DNA of 64,000 nt from Oligoflexia bacterium. Its GTDB lineage: Bacteria; Bdellovibrionota; Bdellovibrionia; Bdellovibrionales; Bdellovibrionaceae. The notes below the pieces were generated by a model, which worked only from the letters and a program-made list of their open reading frames with translations, had not been told where the DNA came from and searched no databases. A program made the translations under genes and the position numbers. This document shows, piece by piece, positions 30,704 through 39,347 of this stretch. Each line of letters opens with the position of its first letter. The stretch's first letter is position 1. Location of the stretch: positions 146,177 through 210,176 of the forward strand of contig BOLD01000004.1 in NCBI GenBank assembly GCA_016861345.1. Direction: 5' to 3'.

Positions 30704-31843
30704 ATGAAAGACATTAAAAATTATGAGCGTTGGATGACTGCGGCCTGCGAGTATTTAACGCCGACGGAATTCAAAGTGTGGGTCGCTTGGTATGGCGACG
30801 CTCCTGGTTTCAGCGCGGGGGCGACCAGAATTTGTGAAAGGGTCCCAGGCTTACGAACGAACCATGCTCGTGCTGCAATTCGCAATATTGCCAAAAAGAA
30901 ATTCATCAAGGATTCAGGGGCAAAGCGAAAAAATGAGCACGGCAGCCCCACGACGGTTTATGTGCTTGGAAGTTTGGACGAGGTAATCGCCCATAATAAG
31001 TCAGTACCCATTGAAAGCGGACAGCTTTCGGAAGATAGCGGACGAACCTCGATCACGAAGAGGCCGGATACTCCAATCAAAGAGGCCGATGATAAAGAGG
31101 ATAGCGGACGAGTGGCCGTCCTCGTACAGAGAAACAAAGAAGAAACAGGAGAAGAACAGTTAAGGCAAAACACTTCCCCCTCTTTTTCTGAATCTCCTCA
31201 AGCGCCGGAGGGGCTTAGCCAAAAGAAAGAAAAAATCTTCCATCCATTAGGTGATGAAGATGCCCACCTTCGACCCTTTGGCGATATTGGTCAAATGCAG
31301 CATGAATTAGATCAATCCTTTTTAAGGGACACAAACCATATTCGCCTTGGTTCTTTGAAAAAGGACGAACTTGAAAAGGTCGTTGCCGATTTGGAATCGA
31401 CCTTGAGCATGAGGCACTTATTTAATGAATGGGGCGATTCTTGTGGTGAACTTTATCCGAGTGAACAAGTCAAAAATTTAGTAATTCAAAAAATTTTGGA
31501 GAACAGATTTAGAGATAAGAGCGGAGTCTTTTCGATAGGCTCAGAGCTTTACTTCAAAGTAGAAGCTACGTTGAAATCTGCACTCTGGCAGCGGCAGTAT
31601 GTTTCCCACGCTCCTAAGCGTGCATGTTCGCCAGAAGTTTGGAAACGATTGACCCGACTCAGACCAATTTTAGATGCAAAGAATCAAATAGAGGTGGCTA
31701 AGACCGATGAATTTATTTCCGAGATTCTTACTGACGAAGAAAAGCAGTTGGCTGAAATAGAGCTAACAGATTCAGATACACAGTTACTTCGAGAATATGG
31801 CCATCTTATTGATCGGCCTTTTTTAGCGTCCCAAAACTCCTGA
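30704..31843 (+). CDS. Hypothetical protein with an N-terminal HTH/wHTH-like region, acidic linker and unknown C-terminal domain
   Basis: The start was chosen at the ATG with GGAGG upstream. The N-terminus YLTPTEFKVWVAWYG...RAAIRNIAKKKFI looks like the DNA-binding module of replication or regulatory proteins. This is an inference. Confidence 0.6.
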   Translation: MKDIKNYERWMTAACEYLTPTEFKVWVAWYGDAPGFSAGATRICERVPGLRTNHARAAIRNIAKKKFIKDSGAKRKNEHGSPTTVYVLGSLDEVIAHNKSVPIESGQLSEDSGRTSITKRPDTPIKEADDKEDSGRVAVLVQRNKEETGEEQLRQNTSPSFSESPQAPEGLSQKKEKIFHPLGDEDAHLRPFGDIGQMQHELDQSFLRDTNHIRLGSLKKDELEKVVADLESTLSMRHLFNEWGDSCGELYPSEQVKNLVIQKILENRFRDKSGVFSIGSELYFKVEATLKSALWQRQYVSHAPKRACSPEVWKRLTRLRPILDAKNQIEVAKTDEFISEILTDEEKQLAEIELTDSDTQLLREYGHLIDRPFLASQNS

Positions 31844-31989
31844 CAAAGTTTATGCTCTTTCAGGCATACGAATCCATAAGCTCTTTTCAAATCATCTTAT
31901 AGAGCCTCCAAGCGCGTTTCAATTTGATCCACTTGGCCGTGAATATCCGACTCATTTTATCCGATAAGTCCAAGTATCTGGAGGTTCGC

Positions 31990-32409
31990 ATGGCAACAGT
32001 AAATGGAAACGCACTGCTTGGCGGGGTTGGAATCGAAGTACCACAAGGATCACATGTCGAAATTATAGAACGAGTGGACGATGGCCTGGCATCTTTCAGA
32101 GTCACATGGCGTACCCCGAATGGACCCATCACGGGCACCATTACGACAAATCTCCTAGATTTTACAGCCGCCGAAATTGCCGAGCATGACCTTCCGACCG
32201 ATGCTAACGGTTTGCCGCTCTATCGAAACTTGCGGGTGAAATATACCGGCCAGTCAAATGTAGCGGTTACTAACGGTGACTTTCTGTTCGTTCAGGACCT
32301 TTGGTACAATGACGACGCGATGGAATGCCGATGCGTCCATCATGGCAATTCTCGTCCAAACACCGACGGTCGTGTTGTCATCCGTCGTGACTTACTGGAG
32401 CGAGCGTAA
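31990..32409 (+). CDS. Small hypothetical protein (two beta-rich, SH3-like halves)
   Basis: GGAGG lies 5 nt before the ATG at 31990. The product is 139 aa. It sits 23 nt upstream of the HEPN-motif gene. Confidence 0.55.
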   Translation: MATVNGNALLGGVGIEVPQGSHVEIIERVDDGLASFRVTWRTPNGPITGTITTNLLDFTAAEIAEHDLPTDANGLPLYRNLRVKYTGQSNVAVTNGDFLFVQDLWYNDDAMECRCVHHGNSRPNTDGRVVIRRDLLERA

Positions 32410-32432
32410 GTAAAATGTGCTCCTGAGGTATC

Positions 32433-33914
32433 ATGGGACACGAGGGAAACGGACTAGAACATTTAGAAGCAGATTGGCTGTATTATAGCCATGACATATC
32501 AAATTTGTCGGCGATTCCTGGTTCAGACATTATTCCCGCACAACTGACTGTGAAGCGAAACGCTAATTTGACCGTGTCCTTGGAAATATCGGGCACCGAC
32601 AAATACCTGTTTCAAAAAGAACAAGCAAAACAAGTGCGAGTTGGGACCGTAAGCGCTAGTGGCTCCATGTCCGGCGAGGTCAAACACGCAGGCTATAAAG
32701 TTGAACTGATCGGCGTAACAGCGGGACGGAAGACTTCCAATTTTTCCGGTGAGTACACCATCCATGCTTCAGCAAGTTCCGTTCGCATTACTCGAAACGA
32801 ATTGGAGCCAAAAAGTGCAATTATATACGCGGTCGGTTGTCCGAAACTTCTTTTTCATCGGGGGACCTGTCGTGACGTGGAGCCTGGTAAAGTCACACTC
32901 AGCCGAAGGCACGTTGGGGACGCCGATCTGGGGTCAGTTGGCGAAATGTCATTTGATTCTTATGGAGAAAGTCGAAGTTCGGCGACAGACTACCTTTTGA
33001 TTAAGAACAAATATGGAACCGTGATCTTCTCTAAAGGCGAACCGTCGTCAGAAACGGAAGAATATTCCCCATGCTATTTACAGTTCATTGATGGAAATGG
33101 AGTCATTGATCGTGATTTTCGCCGAAGATACTTGGAAGCAGTAAGTTTTGCGCTTGGTAAAAGACTGATTGAAATCGGACACTCGACTTTTTCTGAGGAT
33201 CATCAGCCGATTTGCCAAGAATCTCGCACTCCATACTCACTAAATATCAAAAAGGAAGCCGCGATTTATCCACTTCCACCGGCAGAGAATGTTCTGCATG
33301 GCCAATTCCCCAGCGAAGAAGTCTTTTCTCAAATTGTTGATGGCTTCTTAGACAATTATGAATCCTTGGATCTATCGAATGTCATTTGGCCGTTGTGGAT
33401 CGCTCGGCTCATGCCGCTTGGTACGGAGCTTGTTTCATACTCATCATCTTTGGAATCTCTCGTGACGATGTGGTTTAAGAATAAAGAGCCGCAAAAAAAT
33501 GAATATGTTGATAGTGATTTGTTCAAGAGTATCGTCGCGTCCACACATGAGCAGGTATCAAAAGCGTCGATGACGGACGAACTCAAGGCAACTTTGAGTC
33601 GAAAGATTGAATTGGCAAATCACCTCAGTATTGGGGATAAGAAAAAGCGATTTTTTGAATCATTAGGGTTAGGATTCGGAAAAATCGAGAAGAAAACCAT
33701 CGCTTCGAGGAACAAATACGCGCATGGCGGCTCAGTCAAGGACGCAGACACCCGTGATCTGGTCATCCTCGCCCGTTGCTACGAAGCTCTAATAAATCGG
33801 GCGTTACTTGCCGCAATCGGTTCAAAAGGTAATTACGTGGATTACTCTTCGTATGACTTTCCTGAAAGAAACATCTCGGTCGAGATGGCTGGCACCAACT
33901 TTGATAAAAATTGA
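32433..33914 (+). CDS. HEPN-motif protein (candidate abortive-infection/defence RNase; possibly ApeA-like)
   Basis: The C-terminal helical region contains SRNKYAHGG (R426-x4-H431, nt 33708-33725), which fits the RNxxxH HEPN consensus. About 60 further helical residues follow. The N-terminal ~400 aa are beta-rich and unassigned. Confidence 0.6.
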   Translation: MGHEGNGLEHLEADWLYYSHDISNLSAIPGSDIIPAQLTVKRNANLTVSLEISGTDKYLFQKEQAKQVRVGTVSASGSMSGEVKHAGYKVELIGVTAGRKTSNFSGEYTIHASASSVRITRNELEPKSAIIYAVGCPKLLFHRGTCRDVEPGKVTLSRRHVGDADLGSVGEMSFDSYGESRSSATDYLLIKNKYGTVIFSKGEPSSETEEYSPCYLQFIDGNGVIDRDFRRRYLEAVSFALGKRLIEIGHSTFSEDHQPICQESRTPYSLNIKKEAAIYPLPPAENVLHGQFPSEEVFSQIVDGFLDNYESLDLSNVIWPLWIARLMPLGTELVSYSSSLESLVTMWFKNKEPQKNEYVDSDLFKSIVASTHEQVSKASMTDELKATLSRKIELANHLSIGDKKKRFFESLGLGFGKIEKKTIASRNKYAHGGSVKDADTRDLVILARCYEALINRALLAAIGSKGNYVDYSSYDFPERNISVEMAGTNFDKN

Positions 33915-33918
33915 ATCC

Positions 33919-34434
33919 TCACACTGCTTTGTCTTGGCTTACGTCAATCATCTCGCTGCGAATCTCGCCAACTAACTCCGCCATGTGAATCAGAGTGGCG
34001 GCTATAAATTCCGGTTGGAATAGGTTAACGTCGCCAACGATTTCGAGTAGGAGCTTCACAGTGTTTCGGCTGGTAGGTTTGGGAACAATTCTGATCGGGG
34101 CGCGGTCATTGACGTGCAGATAGAATGCGATTCGGTAAAGTAATGCGCTCGCGTCCGTCTCGGTTGTTTCGCAAACCTCCGCCGCCACCCTAAAGATATT
34201 TGAGTACGTGCTATTGCTCGTCGAAGGGATGCAAATATCAATCGCGTGACTATCCCAAAGAAACGCATACCTGATACCTGTCGGATGAATGTGCTTGGCG
34301 GCTTCAAGGTCAAGCTGGAGATCGCCAAGTGTGTTATCAAGGACGGCTTCAAACGCGCATGGTTTACGTTTGTCCATATATATCAGCCTGTCATTCTTAA
34401 TATTGAGTGAATGTGTACTGACCATTGATGACAC
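33919..34434 (-). CDS. Hypothetical cytoplasmic protein, last gene of the minus-strand operon
   Basis: A 171-aa ORF with no signal peptide. The start is uncertain (34434 overlaps the upstream gene by 38 nt; an alternative Met is at 34377). Confidence 0.45.
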   Translation of the reverse strand: MSSMVSTHSLNIKNDRLIYMDKRKPCAFEAVLDNTLGDLQLDLEAAKHIHPTGIRYAFLWDSHAIDICIPSTSNSTYSNIFRVAAEVCETTETDASALLYRIAFYLHVNDRAPIRIVPKPTSRNTVKLLLEIVGDVNLFQPEFIAATLIHMAELVGEIRSEMIDVSQDKAV

Positions 34435-35470
34435 AAATTTCGCCGTAAACTTTGCCGGTTCCGCCTCCGACCAGGTTTATGTACTTCGATCCAGAATAAC
34501 ACACTGGGGGAAGTTGTGGCGCACTGGCTGCGTCCGGCATCGTAGGGTCAAGGCCCATGAGGTATCGCCGCCAGTTGTAATCGAAGAATTTTGAAGCATC
34601 GACGACGTGGTTAACAAAAAACTTCCAATCTCCCCCTTGTTGCAGCTCTTTTCCGTTTTTGTCATAGGACTGCCAGAGTTGCTCAAACTCAGACCTTGTA
34701 ATTTGACCGAAATTAAATTGCGTTCTTATCAGTTTCGCTTCTGTGGTAAGCGCCGCCATGACTGCTACATCGAGAACCGGATCAAAATAAATGTTCCCAT
34801 TTCGACGCTCAGTGCAAAATTCAAAAGGCGTAGTTCCTGTGGGACAGAATGAAAATCCCCAATCCGCCACGTCGTCATAGCGGGTTAGAAACCAGTTGCC
34901 GTTTCCATCGTTCGTGTAGCTGAAAATCTCGTTGGGCACGAAATCGGCGGAGCTTGCCGGAAAATTCGAGAAGTCTAAGAGAAGTTGTTTCCCGTAGTCT
35001 TGTGGATTGACGGGTTCCGTTTCGTGATCTTCACGGGCATAAAAGCATGAGACATCTCTTTGATAGACGACGTTGCTGTCTTTGTCTTCCCCTAGAGTAA
35101 TCCTGCGAAATTGTCCCGTGCTCGCATCAAAATCGAGATAATAACGATCATCACGATAAGAATAGTAGTTGCTCGATGCCTTAAGTGCCATGCTTGGAAA
35201 ATTTGGCTGTGGAACGCAGTTGACGTTATGCTTGCGGCGCTTTTCCGTTGAGGCTTCATAGTTGGTCAGCGCAATTTGATCCGTCAAGCACGCCTTGGAG
35301 CTTTCTAGCCAATACTGATTGAACTTCTTGAGATCGCCATAGGCATCGCGCTGATAATAAATGCCTTTACAGTCCGCCGCTGTTTGCGTAGCGCTTGATT
35401 CATTTTTTGATTCATCGTTGCACGAGCAAAGAAGAGTTGTGGCGATCAATAAAACGTACCGCCTGTCCAT
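34397..35470 (-). CDS. Putative lipoprotein (unknown function)
   Basis: MDRRYVLLIATTLLCSC lipobox. GAGG lies 5 nt upstream of the ATG at 35470. Multiple Cys residues and an aromatic-rich mature part are present. Confidence 0.65.
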   Translation of the reverse strand: MDRRYVLLIATTLLCSCNDESKNESSATQTAADCKGIYYQRDAYGDLKKFNQYWLESSKACLTDQIALTNYEASTEKRRKHNVNCVPQPNFPSMALKASSNYYSYRDDRYYLDFDASTGQFRRITLGEDKDSNVVYQRDVSCFYAREDHETEPVNPQDYGKQLLLDFSNFPASSADFVPNEIFSYTNDGNGNWFLTRYDDVADWGFSFCPTGTTPFEFCTERRNGNIYFDPVLDVAVMAALTTEAKLIRTQFNFGQITRSEFEQLWQSYDKNGKELQQGGDWKFFVNHVVDASKFFDYNWRRYLMGLDPTMPDAASAPQLPPVCYSGSKYINLVGGGTGKVYGEICVINGQYTFTQY

Positions 35471-35477
35471 ACACACC

Positions 35478-36188
35478 TCATTCCTTCCAAAGAGCTTCGA
35501 CCTCTTTCTTTTTCTTGCGTTTCTTGTCTAGCTCTTCTTTTTCTTTCTTTTGAGAAGCAAGTTGACGCTCTTTTTCTTTCAGCTCTTCAACTCGCTTTTT
35601 TTCTTCATGGGCCTTGTTTTCGGCGATGACTTCTTTTCGTTTTTGGTTCCACCACGTCTCGTATTTTGACGACCCTAGAAGACCTTTTTTTGAATAGATA
35701 ATCGCCGGAGCCATGAAGTCAGTGCGACTTCCATCGTAAAAGACCCAGCCGACTTCCATATTAGGAACCCCGTTAAATGATCCGGCCTTTTTGTCAACAT
35801 AGCCTTGCAGGTTAAGTCCGGTGACTTCCTCAAAACCGCCATCTGCACACTTTTTGCCGTTGGCGATCTTCATACGCCCCTCGGTTCCGACGCCGGTTGT
35901 GCGCAACGTGTAGCTGTTCAGATAAAAAGCTCCACAACCGGATCGTTCACGCACTGTGCCTTCGTCCAAGACAATATCGCCAAGACAGGCGACCGATTTC
36001 GGCCAAAGTGACTCTTGCTTGCGGTAGTCGCCGGTCGGCACCTGAGCCACTGCAAAGTCACAACGTCCGTCTTTTTCGACAACCGCCTTGAGTTTTCCCA
36101 GGTGCGAGTCCAAGTCGTCAGCGTTCGCCAACCCTCCACATAAAATAACAAAAATAAAAATGACGTTATTTCGCAAGATAGTCGTCAT
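35478..36188 (-). CDS. Secreted protein with a Lys/Glu-rich coiled-coil tail
   Basis: Signal peptide NNVIFIFVILCGGLANA. The C-terminus is ...EEKKRVEELKEKERQLASQKKEKEELDKKRKKKKEVE. Confidence 0.65.
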   Translation of the reverse strand: MTTILRNNVIFIFVILCGGLANADDLDSHLGKLKAVVEKDGRCDFAVAQVPTGDYRKQESLWPKSVACLGDIVLDEGTVRERSGCGAFYLNSYTLRTTGVGTEGRMKIANGKKCADGGFEEVTGLNLQGYVDKKAGSFNGVPNMEVGWVFYDGSRTDFMAPAIIYSKKGLLGSSKYETWWNQKRKEVIAENKAHEEKKRVEELKEKERQLASQKKEKEELDKKRKKKKEVEALWKE

Positions 36189-37158
36189 ATTTTTCTGCCT
36201 TTGCTAACTTCAAAACTTCGTTCATATCCACGGTGATCTTAAACAGAACCATGCCCTGATCGTTCTTTGGTTGAGGTTCAATTTTGGCGACATAAAGCAT
36301 GAGATAGCCCCAAACTTTCGCGCCTTCATTTTTATCAATGTGCGTGAGCCAGCGAGGTTTTTTTGATTGAATACTTTCGTCGTCGTTAGCTTCGCGTTGA
36401 GCTAGGTCCTCAAGTTCACCCGCTGAGTCCGGCGCGTTAGGTGTGGGCCGGATGTCGTAAGGTTCAATTTTTTTCCCGATAGCATCGTGCATTTTTGCGG
36501 CTAAGGCCGGAGACACATTCGGTCCCATTGTCTGAAAGAGGTTCAGGAGTTTTTCATTTGGCATCATGAGAAAAGTCGGAGCTTGAGCCGATTGATTGTT
36601 ACCAGTGAATCGAGCCGCTGAGATGCGATTAGTAGAAGTGTCAAGATGAACTGGGTTTCCTGATCGGGCCTGAATGCGGTCTAAGGTCGGAGCGTAAACA
36701 AACGCCGAATAAATTTTCCCAGAGTCTTCTTTGATTTCCGAAAAGAACCAGTCCGCAGGGGCGCGAAATTGTTTGTATGATGAACTTGCGTCGATATGAG
36801 CTTCGAGTAGGTTTGCATTATACTCTGGAACTTTCCATTTGACGGTTTTTTCTAACCGGCCTAACTCGCTGACCTCATCTGGCCTTGTCATGGAAAAGAG
36901 AACACCGAGACCGTTACTTAAACCGTTCAAGACAGAAAATTTTCTGATTTTTTCAGCTTCAACCTTCGGCTTGCCCTTTACGTCCGGCATACGAATGGAA
37001 ATCACATACTCGATAGGGCCGCTATTCCACTGAGTCGGAAATTGCTTGAACCTAACTTGTGGCTCAACGGGTTTCACTGGCTCCGGTATCGGCGGCTCCG
37101 AGGCGCAGCCCGACAATATGAAAGATGCGATTGCGAAAATACGAGTTAGGTTTTTCAT
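36166..37158 (-). CDS. Putative lipoprotein (unknown function)
   Basis: MKNLTRIFAIASFILSGC lipobox. Its start overlaps the stop of the upstream HTH gene (ATGA). Confidence 0.7.
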   Translation of the reverse strand: MKNLTRIFAIASFILSGCASEPPIPEPVKPVEPQVRFKQFPTQWNSGPIEYVISIRMPDVKGKPKVEAEKIRKFSVLNGLSNGLGVLFSMTRPDEVSELGRLEKTVKWKVPEYNANLLEAHIDASSSYKQFRAPADWFFSEIKEDSGKIYSAFVYAPTLDRIQARSGNPVHLDTSTNRISAARFTGNNQSAQAPTFLMMPNEKLLNLFQTMGPNVSPALAAKMHDAIGKKIEPYDIRPTPNAPDSAGELEDLAQREANDDESIQSKKPRWLTHIDKNEGAKVWGYLMLYVAKIEPQPKNDQGMVLFKITVDMNEVLKLAKAEKYDDYLAK

Positions 37159-37649
37159 TTGCTGCTTCCTTTCGGGTCGTCAGTGGTTTCGTCAGCGTCG
37201 GCAATGTCCTCTATCGTTAACTTCACCCACTTTGAAAAAAGTTTTTTTGTGGGGAGTTTGTCGAACTTGGTCGATTGCTGATACCCGAAGAGATAATCAA
37301 GACTCACGCCATAGTGCTTGGCGATTGCGAGCAAATGACCTGGGTCGATTTGTTTTTTGTCGGGCTTCAGATAGCCGGTAAAGGTTGATAAAGGAATCTG
37401 GCAGGCCTTCGCGGCGGATCTCGCAGATTCTCCGTTCTTTTCCATAAGTGATTTTAAGATCGAATGTAGTTTCATACCCGCTATGCTTCGGGTTTCATTA
37501 GAGTTTTCAGAAGGCGGGTTCACGAAGCCGCTCACTATGTCCGACATCTCGTCACGGACCAAACGATTGAGTTCCTCAGAAGCCTTTTCTGTGGCCGTGT
37601 TCGTCGCATTAGCATTTGGTCCCGATACAGGACGATTACGAGAAGTCAT
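37155..37649 (-). CDS. XRE-family HTH regulator with a disordered N-terminal tail
   Basis: LKSLMEKNGESARSAAKACQIPLSTFTGYLKPDKK...LLAIAKHYGVSLDYLFG is a Cro/C1-type HTH. Confidence 0.75.
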   Translation of the reverse strand: MTSRNRPVSGPNANATNTATEKASEELNRLVRDEMSDIVSGFVNPPSENSNETRSIAGMKLHSILKSLMEKNGESARSAAKACQIPLSTFTGYLKPDKKQIDPGHLLAIAKHYGVSLDYLFGYQQSTKFDKLPTKKLFSKWVKLTIEDIADADETTDDPKGSSK

Positions 37650-37813
37650 ACATTCATCTCCAACCGCGACCTAAACAAGAACCTACAGTCTGTCTCAAAC
37701 TGGACTTGCCCGTCGTGGTACAAAGTTCGGTCGCTATGTCTAGCTTTACGGTCGGAACAGTGGCGCTTTAACTGGTAAAGTGACATTTCCGCTGGGTTTG
37801 GTAGACTTTGAGG

Positions 37814-38617
37814 ATGCGACTGTTCCGTTTCAATCCAACAATCAGAGAGGCTAACAAGTATCTTTCCAAGACGGTCGATGACCTTTTGAAAAAACACGGC
37901 GGCGTCTCGAATGAAGACTTTGAACGCGATCTTGTCGCCGCGACCGGCATCGGATGGAAGCAGGTCAAGAATTACAAAAATCATCCAAAGCCAGGCGAAC
38001 GACTCAAAGATAACAGCGTAGTCATAAAGTATATTCGTGAATGTCGAGCGAAGGACACCACTCGGAAAGTGCGCTCTTATGCCTTGGCCATTGGAGGTAT
38101 CGCGGTCGTCTGCATTTTTCTGTATCGTTACGTGACCGCGCCAAGAACTATTGAATCGTTTGCGGTTCACGAAGTCGCTGAGCCGTTGCCGCCAAGCCAC
38201 GATAAAATTGAAACAAGATTGTTCCTTGAGGTTGGCGGTTGGATTTTGCGTCTTGGTCCAATCAAACATTCAAAAGTTCCTCTCGAAAAATTCGTTTGCT
38301 CAAAACTCTCCTCGGTCGGCCAGACAAATTGCTCATTTTCAGAAAGAAGGCCGAACGGCCTTTTTCAAGTCACGTTGCTCATGGACGGCGACTTCGTCAG
38401 GAAATACTCGGTCATGACATTGGACTCTGTTGAGATCGAATCTCTGCGAAAACAGCTTGCTAACCGAGTTGACAGGGAAATCGCATCTGTAGATCCAAAT
38501 CCCTTGTCACAGAAGCAATTCAAGGTTGGCGACGAATCACTTGAAATTCTATCGAACCCCGCAGGGCCAGGTTCACGGCCCATGCTGACCGTTTCAGTGT
38601 CCTTCGCGTCACTTTGA
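37814..38617 (+). CDS. Possible HTH / single-pass membrane protein (coding strand uncertain)
   Basis: The composition is balanced. An HTH-like segment (FERDLVAATGIGWKQVKNYKN) is followed by a basic stretch and then a TM helix (YALAIGGIAVVCIFLY). It is fully overlapped by two minus-strand ORFs that have coupling signals, so this call is tentative. Confidence 0.45.
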   Translation: MRLFRFNPTIREANKYLSKTVDDLLKKHGGVSNEDFERDLVAATGIGWKQVKNYKNHPKPGERLKDNSVVIKYIRECRAKDTTRKVRSYALAIGGIAVVCIFLYRYVTAPRTIESFAVHEVAEPLPPSHDKIETRLFLEVGGWILRLGPIKHSKVPLEKFVCSKLSSVGQTNCSFSERRPNGLFQVTLLMDGDFVRKYSVMTLDSVEIESLRKQLANRVDREIASVDPNPLSQKQFKVGDESLEILSNPAGPGSRPMLTVSVSFASL

Positions 38618-38720
38618 TTTGTCCCTTTTCCATCTGCTTTTGATGACACTGAAAGCGAATGCGCGGCCTCGGTGTTTTCAGGCACTTGCGAGGCTGATTT
38701 TTTCGACCGTTTGGAAGACA

Positions 38721-39347
38721 TTAGCGCCTCCCTTTCAAAATCCTCTCAACGCTCGTTTTCCCAATTTCGAGTGTCCGGCTGATTTCGCGGATACTCTTTC
38801 CGTTGGCCCTGAGGGTCTTCACTTGTTCAACGGTCTCATCTGGCAGGGGCTTACGACCGCATGACCAACCAGTGTCAGCGGCGGTCATCTTTTTTACAGC
38901 GAGCGCGGTTTTGATTCGTTCGCTGATTAGACTTTTTTCGAGTTCGGCGATAGCGCCCAGAATTTGAGTCACGGCACGGCCAACCGGAGTCCCCAAATCA
39001 ATCGACTCACGCAAGGAAATTAAAGTGACCCCGTATCCGTCTAATTCGTGCAGTAGATTGAGCAAGAAGCGGGTATCTCTCGCCAAACGATCCAGAGCAA
39101 AAATAATGACGACCTTGAACTTGCCCATACGAGCATCCTTGACGAGTTGGTCAAGGGCCTTCCGGCGATCCGCTGAGCCAGTGATCCGGTCAACGTACTC
39201 GCCGACGAGCTGAAATTCACGGTTGGTCGCTACGCCACGGATCGGAACCAGTTGATGCTCTGGCTCTTGTTTCAGAAGTGTTGAAACACGGGCATAGGCG
39301 ACTGCCTTCACCTGGTTCACGCTGCCTCCTTGATAAGAAGGCGGCAT
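38721..39347 (-). CDS. Small serine recombinase (resolvase/invertase family)
   Basis: AVAYARVSTLLKQE (catalytic Ser), VIIFALDRLARD, and the C-terminal HTH GKSIREISRTLEIGKTSVERIL. Confidence 0.9.
   Translation of the reverse strand: MPPSYQGGSVNQVKAVAYARVSTLLKQEPEHQLVPIRGVATNREFQLVGEYVDRITGSADRRKALDQLVKDARMGKFKVVIIFALDRLARDTRFLLNLLHELDGYGVTLISLRESIDLGTPVGRAVTQILGAIAELEKSLISERIKTALAVKKMTAADTGWSCGRKPLPDETVEQVKTLRANGKSIREISRTLEIGKTSVERILKGRR

Noticed and set aside
37646-38269. A 207-aa minus-strand ORF ending in an ATGA overlap with the XRE gene start
   Set aside because: The composition is rich in Trp/Cys/Arg/Ser and lacks any recognisable motif, which is typical of the antisense shadow of a real gene. 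The plus-strand ORF looks more protein-like. I kept it only as part of the strand-ambiguity finding.
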